Positions 28,594-38,886 of a stretch of 64,000 nucleotides of DNA are shown here, one piece after another. The position numbers and the translations under genes are program-made. Source of the DNA: Candidatus Undinarchaeota archaeon (GTDB lineage: Archaea > SpSt-1190 > JASMDC01); the NCBI GenBank assembly GCA_964519305.1, contig CAZFHY010000016.1, forward strand, positions 42,592-106,591, given 5' to 3'. Below the pieces are notes generated by a model, which was not told where the DNA came from, made no database searches, and saw only the letters and a program-made list of their open reading frames with translations. Every line of letters starts with the position of its first letter. The first letter of the stretch is position 1.

Positions 28594-28883
28594 GGTGTGA
28601 TGTGGGGATGTAATCAATAAGAAGTTACGGTCTTCGTTCGTTGCGCCCCTGAGCGCGTTCGGGGCGTCAGGTGGAGTTTGTGATTTCCTGCTTGGATTGG
28701 GTGGTGGGTTATGGATAATTTCTATTCAGCTATGTGTGAGCTAATGCTATTTAATTTCATAATATTCTTAAATGTAAATATATCTATACTCTTCATATTC
28801 AATAATGATGTGATTGGTTAAATTCGAAATTTATTAAAACAAGGTCTGGTCTGTTATTTCCTTACCCAAGGAAGGAAAGCAGG

Positions 28884-31412
28884 ATGTGCAAAATGAACAG
28901 AAGTAACTTCCTTTTAGAAGTCAGTCTTCTCGTAATAATCCTTTTTTATGCTCCTGTGATTGTCGGAGGTCTTGAGACATCGGAGTCAATCTCCACTAAC
29001 GGAGAAAACCAAAAGACTATATCATTGGACACATCTATCAACATATTATTCTCTCTTGAATGGGGGCGGGAAGGCAGGGACGATGGCGAATTCGATTTAC
29101 CCATAGATGTCGCAGTTGATAATGAAGGGAGAGTCTACATCGCAGATGCAGACAATGACCGGATTCAAGTGTTCGATAATGAGGGAAGGTTCATTACTAA
29201 ATGGGGTTCTCGGGGACGATCTCAAAGTGACTTATGGAATCCTCATAGTGTGGCTGTCGATAAGGATGGCAATGTCTATGTCGTAGACCAGATGAACGAA
29301 CATGTTAAGGTCTTTAATCCCGAGGGTGCCTTGGAAAAGGTATGGGATCATGTCGAAATGAGACCTATGTACGTTGCTGTCGGACAAAATGATAGAATAT
29401 ATGTAGTCGAATTCATTAGTCATAGGATTAGGGTCTTTTCCCCGGATGGTACATTATTGCAGACATGGAACCGTGGAAGAGGGGTGAGTCGGTTGACTTA
29501 TCCGCACGGGATTGCGGTTAATGGGAACGGTACTGCGTTTGTTGTTGATCGTAATGACCGTATTTTAGTATTCGATAAGAAAGGTAACTTCATAAGAGCA
29601 ATGGGCCAGCCTGGCTCTGAAGACGGCGAATTCGAGACTATCCTTGATATTGCATTAGATAATAATGGGAATCTCTTCTTGGTTGATAAAGGAAATAGTC
29701 GGATTCAGGTGTTGGATCAGAACGGTACTTTTCTCATGAAATGGGGTATTCTTGGGAGTGAAGAAGGTGAGTTCAATTATCCTTCTGGAATAGCGATTGA
29801 TAAGAATAACAATGTATACATAGCGGACAGGAAGAATTATCGTATCCAGAAGTTCATTCGAGTTAATACCGAGACCGATTGTTACACTGATAATGACTGT
29901 GCCCATGACAAGGAATGCATGAACGGAAGATGCATACCATTAGTCTGTGATGTCGATACGATAGCTTGTGATCACCAATGCATGAATCAAGAGGGTGGGC
30001 GCTGTTGTGATGGTGAGTGGCGTCATGATGTCGAGTGTTGTAGGAATGAGGAATGTAAAGGTGGCTTCTTATGCATCTCCAATACATGTATGAGGACTGG
30101 TTCTTTCTCACCAGAGGAAGCCAGTCCGTGGCTCCGGGATGTACTGGAGTTCAATCATTATGAGCTCTTACATGGCATCACAGATGGTTACGTCGCATTC
30201 TTACTTGCCCGCGAGCGTGATCAATCTCTTACCTATGGAAACAAGACTCGGATAATTATCCGTGTCGAACTGTTCAACGATGATCTCTTGTATCGGGTCA
30301 TTGGAGAGGTATATGGAACAAACAGTATGGCCTTCACTCGCCCAGACCTCATTATACTCAATGATGAATGGGGACATATCCAGCGGATTATTCGTATGAA
30401 CGACACAGTATTGACTCAGGAGCATGAATTGCGAATTGATAATACTACATCAGTGTCATCAGATGGATTACGGTTCTTACTGCATAGGCCAAAGAGAATA
30501 ACTTACGTAGAGAGCGTGGCGCCATATAGGATTATCAAGAATATTCCACTCGAATTCGAATCCTACTTCTGCTCAAGTTATGGTAATATGGTCGCGGTGG
30601 TGCCCTTCAACGAAAGACGCGTTGATGTCTACAACAACACAAATCATTCTATGATACTGTCCTCGCCGGAATTCAATGAGGGACTCACGTCAGTACTCGT
30701 CCACGACAATCGTGCATATGGTGGTACACAAAAGGGACGTCTTGTAGCATGGAACCTTACAAGCGAATCTGGGGAGCGGGTGATGTCGGGGCATACAGGC
30801 GCTCTACAGGCACTTGTAGCTGACGATCTTTACGTGTACTCTGGTGGGGTTGATGGTGTTATCATCGTCCGTGAAACCGACACGCTTTTCGGACGCTTCA
30901 GACTGCGGGGTCACGAGGCGCCAGTAAAAGGAATCATTCCCCTAGGCGAACGAATTCTTACATTCGATAACACTACAATACGATTGTGGGAGCGACCGCG
31001 ACGTCATAGCCCAACAGTCGTGACTCCGGCGATAAACATCACGCAAAGACCAATCCTGACCCCAAATGAGACTCTCGATCAGAATGTCACCGATGCCTTA
31101 TCTATTAACGACGTCACGAGTCACCCTATAGAACGAGAATCCGTTTGCGGTGATGGTATGTGTGGTGACAGTGAGAGCTCTGAAGCATGTTGTCAGGATT
31201 GCGGCTGTTCTCCCGGAATGAAGTGCGTCGATGATGTCTGTAGAACATCCTCGGTACCAATATGGATCACACCAGATCCCGATGAGGGTATCCATACTGA
31301 TTCGGAAGAATCCACTCACTCATCCGACCTAAGGCCCGCAGCGGGAACGATTAGTGTATTATTACTATTGGGAATTGTGGCAAGTTCGCAACTAATAATG
31401 AAGAAAGGATAG
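28884..31412 (+). CDS. secreted/surface NHL-repeat beta-propeller protein with Cys-rich modules, a WD40-like propeller and a C-terminal TM anchor
   Basis: Signal peptide; ~6 NHL repeats (P.DVAVD..G.VYIAD..N.RIQVF); Cys-rich blocks; GH...V..L repeats; CGDGMC; TM+KKG tail; AT-richer DNA. Confidence 0.88.
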   Translation: MCKMNRSNFLLEVSLLVIILFYAPVIVGGLETSESISTNGENQKTISLDTSINILFSLEWGREGRDDGEFDLPIDVAVDNEGRVYIADADNDRIQVFDNEGRFITKWGSRGRSQSDLWNPHSVAVDKDGNVYVVDQMNEHVKVFNPEGALEKVWDHVEMRPMYVAVGQNDRIYVVEFISHRIRVFSPDGTLLQTWNRGRGVSRLTYPHGIAVNGNGTAFVVDRNDRILVFDKKGNFIRAMGQPGSEDGEFETILDIALDNNGNLFLVDKGNSRIQVLDQNGTFLMKWGILGSEEGEFNYPSGIAIDKNNNVYIADRKNYRIQKFIRVNTETDCYTDNDCAHDKECMNGRCIPLVCDVDTIACDHQCMNQEGGRCCDGEWRHDVECCRNEECKGGFLCISNTCMRTGSFSPEEASPWLRDVLEFNHYELLHGITDGYVAFLLARERDQSLTYGNKTRIIIRVELFNDDLLYRVIGEVYGTNSMAFTRPDLIILNDEWGHIQRIIRMNDTVLTQEHELRIDNTTSVSSDGLRFLLHRPKRITYVESVAPYRIIKNIPLEFESYFCSSYGNMVAVVPFNERRVDVYNNTNHSMILSSPEFNEGLTSVLVHDNRAYGGTQKGRLVAWNLTSESGERVMSGHTGALQALVADDLYVYSGGVDGVIIVRETDTLFGRFRLRGHEAPVKGIIPLGERILTFDNTTIRLWERPRRHSPTVVTPAINITQRPILTPNETLDQNVTDALSINDVTSHPIERESVCGDGMCGDSESSEACCQDCGCSPGMKCVDDVCRTSSVPIWITPDPDEGIHTDSEESTHSSDLRPAAGTISVLLLLGIVASSQLIMKKG

Positions 31413-31519
31413 TGTAGTGGGAACTCCCTTGTACAAAAAGGATGTGTAGGATTGATACGTCTGCACTTCCGAACCCTCAGCAATCCTTATATACCGGCCA
31501 TCGTGCCGCACGCATCCTC

Positions 31520-32371
31520 ATGACGGTGAACGCTGGCGACCTGTCGTACGCCGACCTTATCGACAGTGCTGCTGACATGCTCACCGATATCGCGGACCAT
31601 AACACCAGCAACTACCGCGAGTCCCCGACAGAGTATGCACTTGACGCCGTGCTCCGGTACGACGACCTTCCCACGTACGACACCGTGCTGAAGAGCCGGC
31701 CTGCCATAACGTCGGTGGCGTCCAGCCTCTACCATATCAAAGAGGACCACATCGGTTTCGACGACGATATCGACCGCAACTTCTACAGGCGGGTATCACG
31801 GATAGGTGTGGACGTGTTCGGCAGGCACCGTGACCTCTACGTCAAGCAGTCATGGGAAGGGCTCCACAAGGAAGCGATCGGGCTCGAGCTGTCCAACCTC
31901 CTTACCGATACGAACACGAAGTACGTGATCACCGACGACATGCTCGTGACCGAAGAGATCCAGGGCGATCCCAGCTACGGACGTGCCGTGGACGTTTCCG
32001 ATCCGGGGTACGCGTACGAGTTCGGGAAATGGGAGGCCTTTGCCGAGCTGATGCACTTTTCCGACAGGCAGCCTGCCAACGTCCGCTGGGACGGGGAGCA
32101 CCTGAACGATATCGATTACGGGCAGTTCATGTCGTACACGTTCAAGCACAGCCTTCCCGAACCGGATCCTTCAATGTCAGGACACGTGCGGGCGGGCAGG
32201 GACGATGCACGACGGACGATCGTCGAGAACATCAACAAGCACAGTTACAGGGTGAAGAGCCTGTTCACGGCCATGGTCGAGGACTATCACAACGGCGAGA
32301 GGAAATTGTGCTTCGGGACACCCGAGAAACAGTTACGAAGGATAGCCGACACGCTGCGCGGGTGGAAGTAG
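31520..32371 (+). CDS. atypical kinase-like protein (HipA/PI3-PI4-kinase-like catalytic motifs)
   Basis: LYVK...KEAIG, FSDRQPANV (DRxxxN), DIDYG; CTTATATA box at ~31486. Confidence 0.6.
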   Translation: MTVNAGDLSYADLIDSAADMLTDIADHNTSNYRESPTEYALDAVLRYDDLPTYDTVLKSRPAITSVASSLYHIKEDHIGFDDDIDRNFYRRVSRIGVDVFGRHRDLYVKQSWEGLHKEAIGLELSNLLTDTNTKYVITDDMLVTEEIQGDPSYGRAVDVSDPGYAYEFGKWEAFAELMHFSDRQPANVRWDGEHLNDIDYGQFMSYTFKHSLPEPDPSMSGHVRAGRDDARRTIVENINKHSYRVKSLFTAMVEDYHNGERKLCFGTPEKQLRRIADTLRGWK

Positions 32372-32390
32372 GGACTTCGGGCCGGATGGC

Positions 32391-33437
32391 TCAACTGAGA
32401 CAGTCGCGGGGCCGTTCCCAGAACAGCCTGGTCGGTTCGCCGGTCCTGCACAGACCCTTCACGTTCGCAGGAGCCTCATCGATATCAATAGAGGACTCCT
32501 CATCCATAGAGGGGTCCATCTTGACCATGGGGCTCCCGGTCAGGCTCCCACGAACGTCGATGTCGGGGCAGGTGAACAGCTCGAGCCTATCGAAATCGAG
32601 GACCAGGGTGTCCATGGGATGGAGCAGTAACGGCCTGTTAGTAGTAGAGACCGATGAGATCACCACGTCACCGAGCACGTAGCTCATGAGCAGCTGTTCC
32701 GGGTCCTTTGCAGACACTACGTTGATGTACATCCTTTCGATCGTCTTCCCGGCCCCCGCCAGTTCGTAGAGGGGAAGCGTCGTCGAGTCGCTCAGCTTGG
32801 TGATGGTGAGCGGCCCGAACGCCATGGGGCAGGGGGGCGGGGTCGGCTCTGGTTTCTTGGTGGGTGCGGGGGCCACCCTGGTGATGGTGCCTTTGATGGT
32901 ACCGGTCCCCGTGCTCTCCTCGGGCACCTCGTTGAACTTGTAGGTCCCGTCCCATCCCCCGTTCGAGCTCGACCCCGACGTCGTCGTATGGGTCGTCCCC
33001 GACACTCCGGTGGTCAGCATGGTCGATCCCTGGGTATGCAGTCCTATCGTTCCCTCGAACATGAGGCCTGTAAGGTCGACCGACACGGACGGGCCCGCAT
33101 CGGGCGAGGAAAGCTCGGGCGGGGCCAGTGACAGGTCGACGGCGGCCGCCGCGATCCAGTTCCCGGACGTGGTGGACGTCCTGGTCGTCCTGTACGGGTG
33201 ATCGAAGAAGTACTTGGCAGTACCCTTGATCCCCTGTATGTGAACGTACACGGCCGAGGGCAGGGACCCCTTTACCGGAGCGAGCACCGCAGAGTTGTCC
33301 GGTGCGGTGTTAGCGGGTGGTGCATCTGGCGCCGTGGTGCTGTCCGCAGAGCGGGTCTCGTTGAGCACCAGGCCGTTGGACACCAGCGAGAGCGCGGCGA
33401 TGACAAGGACAATATGGAGGAGCGTGCGGTCGTTCAT
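32391..33437 (-). CDS. PPAN-leader Hcp/TssD-like tube protein with a large loop insertion
   Basis: Leader + PPANT; VYVHIQGIKG, NWI, PLTITKLSDSTTLPLYEL...GKTIE, YVLGDVVISSVS and DTLVLDFDRL match the Hcp consensus. Confidence 0.75.
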   Translation of the reverse strand: MNDRTLLHIVLVIAALSLVSNGLVLNETRSADSTTAPDAPPANTAPDNSAVLAPVKGSLPSAVYVHIQGIKGTAKYFFDHPYRTTRTSTTSGNWIAAAAVDLSLAPPELSSPDAGPSVSVDLTGLMFEGTIGLHTQGSTMLTTGVSGTTHTTTSGSSSNGGWDGTYKFNEVPEESTGTGTIKGTITRVAPAPTKKPEPTPPPCPMAFGPLTITKLSDSTTLPLYELAGAGKTIERMYINVVSAKDPEQLLMSYVLGDVVISSVSTTNRPLLLHPMDTLVLDFDRLELFTCPDIDVRGSLTGSPMVKMDPSMDEESSIDIDEAPANVKGLCRTGEPTRLFWERPRDCLS

Positions 33438-33562
33438 GATGCGTCACGACGGGGGGAAGGGATAAAAGCCTATTGACGAGCGTCGGCGCGTGGTCCTGAG
33501 CGCATCTGCCTATTTACCTGATACGCCCCTCGTGCTGGCCAGGACGTCGAGGGGACCGGCTC

Positions 33563-33913
33563 TCATGCTGTACGCTGGAGGATCTCACTGAAGTAACGAC
33601 ATGCACTCTTATCTTTTGGCGACGTGACACTTCCTAAGCATTTGCCTTGCCACTCGATCGACTTCGAGTAGCACGTCCTGTAACAACCGTTCACGTTCAT
33701 AATTTCATCGAACGTGGGCTCGGCGAACGTGTAGCTCCTCTGTAGTCTATTGCAGATCTTGTTGCACCCCGAGTCAAAAAGGGTGTTCGCGGGCGGGAGC
33801 ACGGGGTCCTCGGCAGCGACCGTGGTCTTCAGCTCCTTGAGCGTCAGGCCGTTGATGGCAAGCATCAGCAGGCAGAGCACGAGCACCACCCGGAGAAGCG
33901 TCTTATCGTTCAT
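33563..33913 (-). CDS. PPAN-leader Cys-rich small protein
   Basis: MNDKTLLRVVLVL...INGLTL...LPPANT; 6 Cys in the cargo (two CxxxC). Confidence 0.85.
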   Translation of the reverse strand: MNDKTLLRVVLVLCLLMLAINGLTLKELKTTVAAEDPVLPPANTLFDSGCNKICNRLQRSYTFAEPTFDEIMNVNGCYRTCYSKSIEWQGKCLGSVTSPKDKSACRYFSEILQRTA

Positions 33914-34059
33914 GGCCGGTACGTGCGATACGCATCGTTATAAAGGGATGTCAGGCCGTGCCGTGCCCATCTGATCCCTGGTCGAGCGTGTACCCGGTAT
34001 ATCCCGGCCTGCGCACCCCCGGTCATATACATAAAGGATAGTGCCCGGATCACCTGACC

Positions 34060-34371
34060 ATGGATGATCGCACGTTGATACGTTTCGCGCTGGTGATGAG
34101 CGTTCTCGCGCTCGTGGCGAACGGGATAGTAATGAACAGACAGATGACACTTGTTAGCACCCTTGATGATGCGAGCGTGCAGCCACCATTGAATGATGCT
34201 TGCGCTTCTTACGATGTAACTCAATGTTTGGCTACAGAAAGATACTGTGAATGGGACTCTAGTCAAAGGAAATGCTATGATCATGGATGCCACAGATACA
34301 GAGCCTTGAGCGCAGAATGCCGTTCTGCTGAAGGATGTTACACAAAGTGCTTTTGTGATGGAGCATCATAA
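34060..34371 (+). CDS. PP(L)N-leader Cys-rich small protein
   Basis: MDDRTLIRFALV...ANGIVM...QPPLND; 9 Cys in an ~57-aa cargo; CATAAAG box at ~34030. Confidence 0.85.
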   Translation: MDDRTLIRFALVMSVLALVANGIVMNRQMTLVSTLDDASVQPPLNDACASYDVTQCLATERYCEWDSSQRKCYDHGCHRYRALSAECRSAEGCYTKCFCDGAS

Positions 34372-34583
34372 CACCGGGACTGGTGACAAGACGGTCGGAT
34401 CGGTCCTCTTGGACTAGGAAAGCAGTTGTGGGGACATTGGTGTTCATTCCAGCAAAAGCCGGCAATATCCCCACAACAGGTCCGTTAGGACAATGGATGG
34501 CCGGACCTCACGAACGTATAAAGGTTCCGGCTCCCGGCCGGCGCACCCCACTTCCTGAACTATAAGGTACTTGACCCCGGAGA

Positions 34584-34886
34584 TCAGGTGAAGAGAAGGA
34601 GGTAGACCTTCTGCCGGTTCGAGAACGGTCTGTGACCCACGCTCTCGCTGGTCTCTCCCCGGAATTTTGAATGGCGACAATAACGTCTGCGTAGCTTGTC
34701 CTCGATCTCTTTGGACCTGTCGTTCGTACAATAATCCGTTAGTACTATGACCCTGTTGGCGCCTTCTTCTTTCTTTCGTTCTTCGGGCTTCTCGCCCCTG
34801 CCGATGTCAAAGCCCTTAACGCTCGCAGGTTTGATCTTGACCTCGATTATCCCTACACATTTTGCCAAAAGCAAGGTATTGTCCAT
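34584..34886 (-). CDS. hypothetical protein
   Basis: 100-aa ORF; TATAA-like box and GGGG upstream; atypical codon usage. Confidence 0.45.
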   Translation of the reverse strand: MDNTLLLAKCVGIIEVKIKPASVKGFDIGRGEKPEERKKEEGANRVIVLTDYCTNDRSKEIEDKLRRRYCRHSKFRGETSESVGHRPFSNRQKVYLLLFT

Positions 34887-35047
34887 TCGATCTGCTTCCC
34901 CCTTATACCTGGTCTTCCGTGAGCTGTATGGATTGTCTGTATCTCGCCATTGATATAGCTTGGCGATTGACGCCTCATGAGCTCTGCCGCGGACCGCTTT
35001 GCAGGGGGCCTCGTTCGTGTCCCTCTACGACACTCCAAGGACCATAT

Positions 35048-36154
35048 CTAGATGATCCGTGCCACCGCGGGGACGCGACGGATGGCGGCGCTCGATCCCC
35101 AACTGAGCATCAACGTTCCTGCGAACACCACAGCGGCCTTATGGACCGCGTGAAGGTCGGCTGCGAGCATACCGTACTGGAGCCAGGACGAGAACACGTA
35201 GTGGAAGATGTAGATACCGTAGGCGTTGTCGCTGAGACTGTCCATGATACTGGTCCGCTGTTGCGCGAACCGGAGGAAGGCCCCGATGACGCCGAACACG
35301 ACGGCCGCGCAGGAAACGGTGAACAGGAGATAGAACGGTTGGATGTTCACCCAGGCGATAATGCCCGCGAGCAGCCAGAGCCACCAGTATTTTGCGGGCG
35401 CGCTCTTGGACGTGAGCCAGGTGTCCTCAAGTCCGTAGGCACCCACCATGGTACCTGCAAGGAAGTACACCACGTAGAGAATGATACGACTGGTCTGGAA
35501 GTGGAAGGGACCGATGACCGTCCAATGGAACGCGCCGAAGACGGATGCCAGAGGGAGCCACGCGATGGTCGAGGCCAGGGTCAGGGTCCAGAAGAACGTC
35601 GTGGGACGGGCCATGATAAAGGCAGCCCGTGATCTGATGATATCGGCGGCGTGGGGCGCGAGCCGGTACAGTACGGCGGCAAGGACATTGAACGACAGCA
35701 GCACCCACAGGAACCAGAGGTGACCGTCCGTCCTGAAACCGGTCCTGGCCATGCCGGACCAGAACTCATAAAGACCGGCGCCCGGGCCGCGGGCTATCAG
35801 CTGCGCGGGGAATATGGCAAGGGGGATGAGCAATGGGACGCCGATGACGTACGGTATCCCGAGCCGGACGAGCCTGTCACGCAGGAACGACCGGGGCCCC
35901 TTGCGCTCGAGCGATCCCCACACGAACAGCCCCGAGACGAAGAACAGCAATGACATGAACCAGGTATCGTTGAACAATACTATCAGGTCGAAGCCGAGCC
36001 ACTGTCGATCGTCATCGACCGGGTTGGTGTTCGCCACAGGGTCCACGGAATTGAACTCCATGAACGTGGTGTACGCAAGCGTGGAGTGATGGAGGACGAC
36101 AAGGACTATTACGAACGCGCGAAGATAGTCGAAGGCCGGTATCCTTGATGTCAT
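35048..36154 (-). CDS. acyltransferase family 3 (OpgC/MdoC-like)
   Basis: DYLRAF....VVLHH, FMSLLFFVSG, DRLVRLGIP, GHLWFLWVL, YGIYIFH. Confidence 0.92.
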   Translation of the reverse strand: MTSRIPAFDYLRAFVIVLVVLHHSTLAYTTFMEFNSVDPVANTNPVDDDRQWLGFDLIVLFNDTWFMSLLFFVSGLFVWGSLERKGPRSFLRDRLVRLGIPYVIGVPLLIPLAIFPAQLIARGPGAGLYEFWSGMARTGFRTDGHLWFLWVLLSFNVLAAVLYRLAPHAADIIRSRAAFIMARPTTFFWTLTLASTIAWLPLASVFGAFHWTVIGPFHFQTSRIILYVVYFLAGTMVGAYGLEDTWLTSKSAPAKYWWLWLLAGIIAWVNIQPFYLLFTVSCAAVVFGVIGAFLRFAQQRTSIMDSLSDNAYGIYIFHYVFSSWLQYGMLAADLHAVHKAAVVFAGTLMLSWGSSAAIRRVPAVARII

Positions 36155-36184
36155 GTTCTCTTCACTCTCTTGCGGACCTCGGTC

Positions 36185-37111
36185 CTAATGGGCCACGGTC
36201 ACGACGACGTGTCCCTTCTTGTGCCCGTTCTCGACATACCTGTGGCCCTCTACGATCTGGTCCAGCGTATAGGTCCTGTCTATGACGGTCCGTATCTTAC
36301 CCGCCTCGACAAGCTCCTTGAGGAAGTCAAGGTCCTCGGTCTTTATGTCGTCGCCGGAATCCCAGTTGACGTTGAGATAGATGCCGGCCGGTCTGACAGC
36401 TTTCTTGGCTTGCGAGGACGAGAACTTGTCGACCGCGTCAAAGACCACATCGTAGGTCTCACCGCTCTTGGTGAAATCGTCCTTGGTGTAGTCGATGACC
36501 TTGTCGGCCCCAAGAGAGCTCACCATCTCCAGATTGGACGTGCTGCACACACCGGTGACCTCTGCCCCATAGTGCTTGGCGAGCTGTACCGCAAAGACAC
36601 CAACGCTGCCGGAAGCGCCATAGATCAGGACCTCCTGTCCGCTCTTGATGTCCGCCTTCTTGAGAACGTTCAATGCCGTGATCCCACCGGTAGCGACGCC
36701 GGCGGCTGCTTCCTCATAGGTCATGTTGGCAGGTTTCCGGACCAGCAGTCCGTCCTCGGGCATACATTTGTACTCGGCATGACCGCCAAAAGCTTCTTTG
36801 CCCGGGTATAGCATCGCAAGAACGCTGTCACCTTTCGCAAAACGTGTTACGTCCTTGCCCACTGCTTCGATATCCCCGGCGAGCTCCATCCCCAGTACGG
36901 GTCTCCTTGGTCCCAGGACGCCCAGGTACAGTCGCGCAAAGAGCCATTGCCAGCGGGGGACGTCGAACCTTCGCATCCTCGTATCCCCCACGTGCACCGT
37001 TGTCGCGACTATCCTGATGAGCACCTCATCGTCCTTGGGAACGGGTTTGGGGACCTCTTCGATCTTCACGACCTCGGGCGGTCCGTACCTTCTGTAGACG
37101 GCGGCTTTCAT
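36185..37111 (-). CDS. NAD(P)-dependent MDR oxidoreductase (quinone reductase/alcohol dehydrogenase-like)
   Basis: [37 protein letters not shown]. Confidence 0.92.
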   Translation of the reverse strand: MKAAVYRRYGPPEVVKIEEVPKPVPKDDEVLIRIVATTVHVGDTRMRRFDVPRWQWLFARLYLGVLGPRRPVLGMELAGDIEAVGKDVTRFAKGDSVLAMLYPGKEAFGGHAEYKCMPEDGLLVRKPANMTYEEAAAGVATGGITALNVLKKADIKSGQEVLIYGASGSVGVFAVQLAKHYGAEVTGVCSTSNLEMVSSLGADKVIDYTKDDFTKSGETYDVVFDAVDKFSSSQAKKAVRPAGIYLNVNWDSGDDIKTEDLDFLKELVEAGKIRTVIDRTYTLDQIVEGHRYVENGHKKGHVVVTVAH

Positions 37112-37218
37112 GAGTCTCCTTCCTTGAATGGATGATCGTGTTTTTTAAGACTGTCCGAAAGCGTCATCTAACGGGCTCGGGCCCTGGCCGGCGGCGCGTC
37201 CTGCCCTCAGCCCCGCCG

Positions 37219-38760
37219 TCACTGCTCCACGGCCATGAAGTGGCCGCCCCTGCGCGAGTCGCCGGCGCCGGTGCGTCCCGTGGTCATGTGGACGCCGCCG
37301 AACCAGCGGTCGATACGGTCCCACTCGTTGACCTCGAACTTCCCCTTCAACTTCCCGACAGTGGCCGCGGGGAAGCCGGCCTCCATATTGAGGATACCGC
37401 CCTCGTAGTGCGCCCGGGGCGACTCCACGGACGTCGGTGCGTCCAGGCCGAACAGACCGTGGTTGAGCGACACCTGCACGATGGCGGTGATGATCCTGCT
37501 CGACCCACCGGTCCCCAGCACGCCGATGACCTCACCGTCAGAGAGCATCATCGACGGCGACATGGAAGAGGGCAGCCTTTTACCGACCGGGTTCGCCTGG
37601 CAGCCGTCGGGGTTCAGGTCGCTCTCGCCCAGCATGTTGTTGTAGAGCACGCCGGTGCCGGGGATGGTGTAGCCCGTGCTCTCGCCGCTGGTGGTCGTCA
37701 GCGACACGGCGTTGCCCTTGGCGTCGGTCACCGAGATCTGGGTTGTGTTGCCTGCCGACCGGGGCGGTTCGACGATCTTGGAAGTACCGGTAAAGCGGTC
37801 AAGGCACACTTCCGAGAGCACTTCTTCGGCAAGGTGCTTGTCGTGGACGTGGCCGTCCATCACCTCGCTGCGCATGGCGTCGGTGGCGGCCTGGCTCTGT
37901 GCGAGCAGCTCGATGTACTCCGGTGTTGCCGGGTCCATTCCCGAAAGACCGTTGCGCTCCATGAGCTTGAGCAGGAAGGCGATCCGAAGCCCGCCGATGG
38001 ACGGGGGGGGCGTGGTGATGAGGTCGAAGCCCATGCACGATATCTCAAGGGGACTGCGCTCGATGGTCCGGTAGTGGTCGAGGTCGGCCGCTGTGATGAG
38101 GCCGGGTGCCTCCTCCATGTGCTTGAGGATGGGTGCGTAGAACTCGGTGGCAAGCGTCTCTCTCCAGTCTCCGGGACCGAACTTCGAAAGCAGACGTGCC
38201 AGCAGGGGGTTGGTGAGCAGCTCGCCCAGCTTCACGGTCTCTCCGTTACGGAAGAAGATCTTGCGGGCCTCTGCGCCAAGGCCCAGGAGGTCACGGAACA
38301 GGTAGAGGCATCTGGCCTGGAACGGTGTGATCACAACGCCCTCGCGCGCGACGCGTATCGCGGGCGCAAGGACGTCGTTCAACGGGAGCGTGCCCAGCTC
38401 CTCGTGGATGTGCAGGATGCCCGGGAGCACGCCCGGGAGCGCAGCTGATCCCATACCGACCAGATACGTCTCCAGCGCACCCTCGTAGTCGACCACGACC
38501 TCCTCGAACCCGGAGAATTCCAGCTCGTCAAGACCAAGGCCGGGCATGTCGGGGAAGAAGTCGAAGACACGGTTGCGGCCGCTCTCCCCCTCGTGCACGA
38601 CGGCAAGACCTCCCCCGCCAAGACTGGTGAGGCCTGGCTCGGTGACACAGCTCACAGCGCTAGCTGCAAGTGCCGCGTCGACGGCGGTCCCTCCCTTGCG
38701 CAGCAGGCTCGCTCCCGCTTCGGAGGTGACCGGATGCCCCGAGCTGATGACGCCCCGCAT
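37219..38760 (-). CDS. ggt: gamma-glutamyltransferase family protein
   Basis: GGTAVDA, SLGGGG, TPPPSIGG, NTTQISVTD (catalytic Thr), SSMSP, LGTGGSSRI. Confidence 0.9.
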   Translation of the reverse strand: MRGVISSGHPVTSEAGASLLRKGGTAVDAALAASAVSCVTEPGLTSLGGGGLAVVHEGESGRNRVFDFFPDMPGLGLDELEFSGFEEVVVDYEGALETYLVGMGSAALPGVLPGILHIHEELGTLPLNDVLAPAIRVAREGVVITPFQARCLYLFRDLLGLGAEARKIFFRNGETVKLGELLTNPLLARLLSKFGPGDWRETLATEFYAPILKHMEEAPGLITAADLDHYRTIERSPLEISCMGFDLITTPPPSIGGLRIAFLLKLMERNGLSGMDPATPEYIELLAQSQAATDAMRSEVMDGHVHDKHLAEEVLSEVCLDRFTGTSKIVEPPRSAGNTTQISVTDAKGNAVSLTTTSGESTGYTIPGTGVLYNNMLGESDLNPDGCQANPVGKRLPSSMSPSMMLSDGEVIGVLGTGGSSRIITAIVQVSLNHGLFGLDAPTSVESPRAHYEGGILNMEAGFPAATVGKLKGKFEVNEWDRIDRWFGGVHMTTGRTGAGDSRRGGHFMAVEQ

Positions 38761-38886
38761 GGACCAGAGAAAGCCGGGGGGGTTTATAAGGATTGGGGGC
38801 AGGCGGTCGGACAGGGTTCCAGTGTCTTATCTGGAGCTTGCCTGGATCCTTCTTCCCCTGTTCGAGCGGGACCGCCCGCTTCGTAG

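Noticed and set aside
34383-34565. 60-aa ORF after the Cys-rich PPLN gene
   Set aside because: No motif, no clear promoter or RBS, and weak coding signal.
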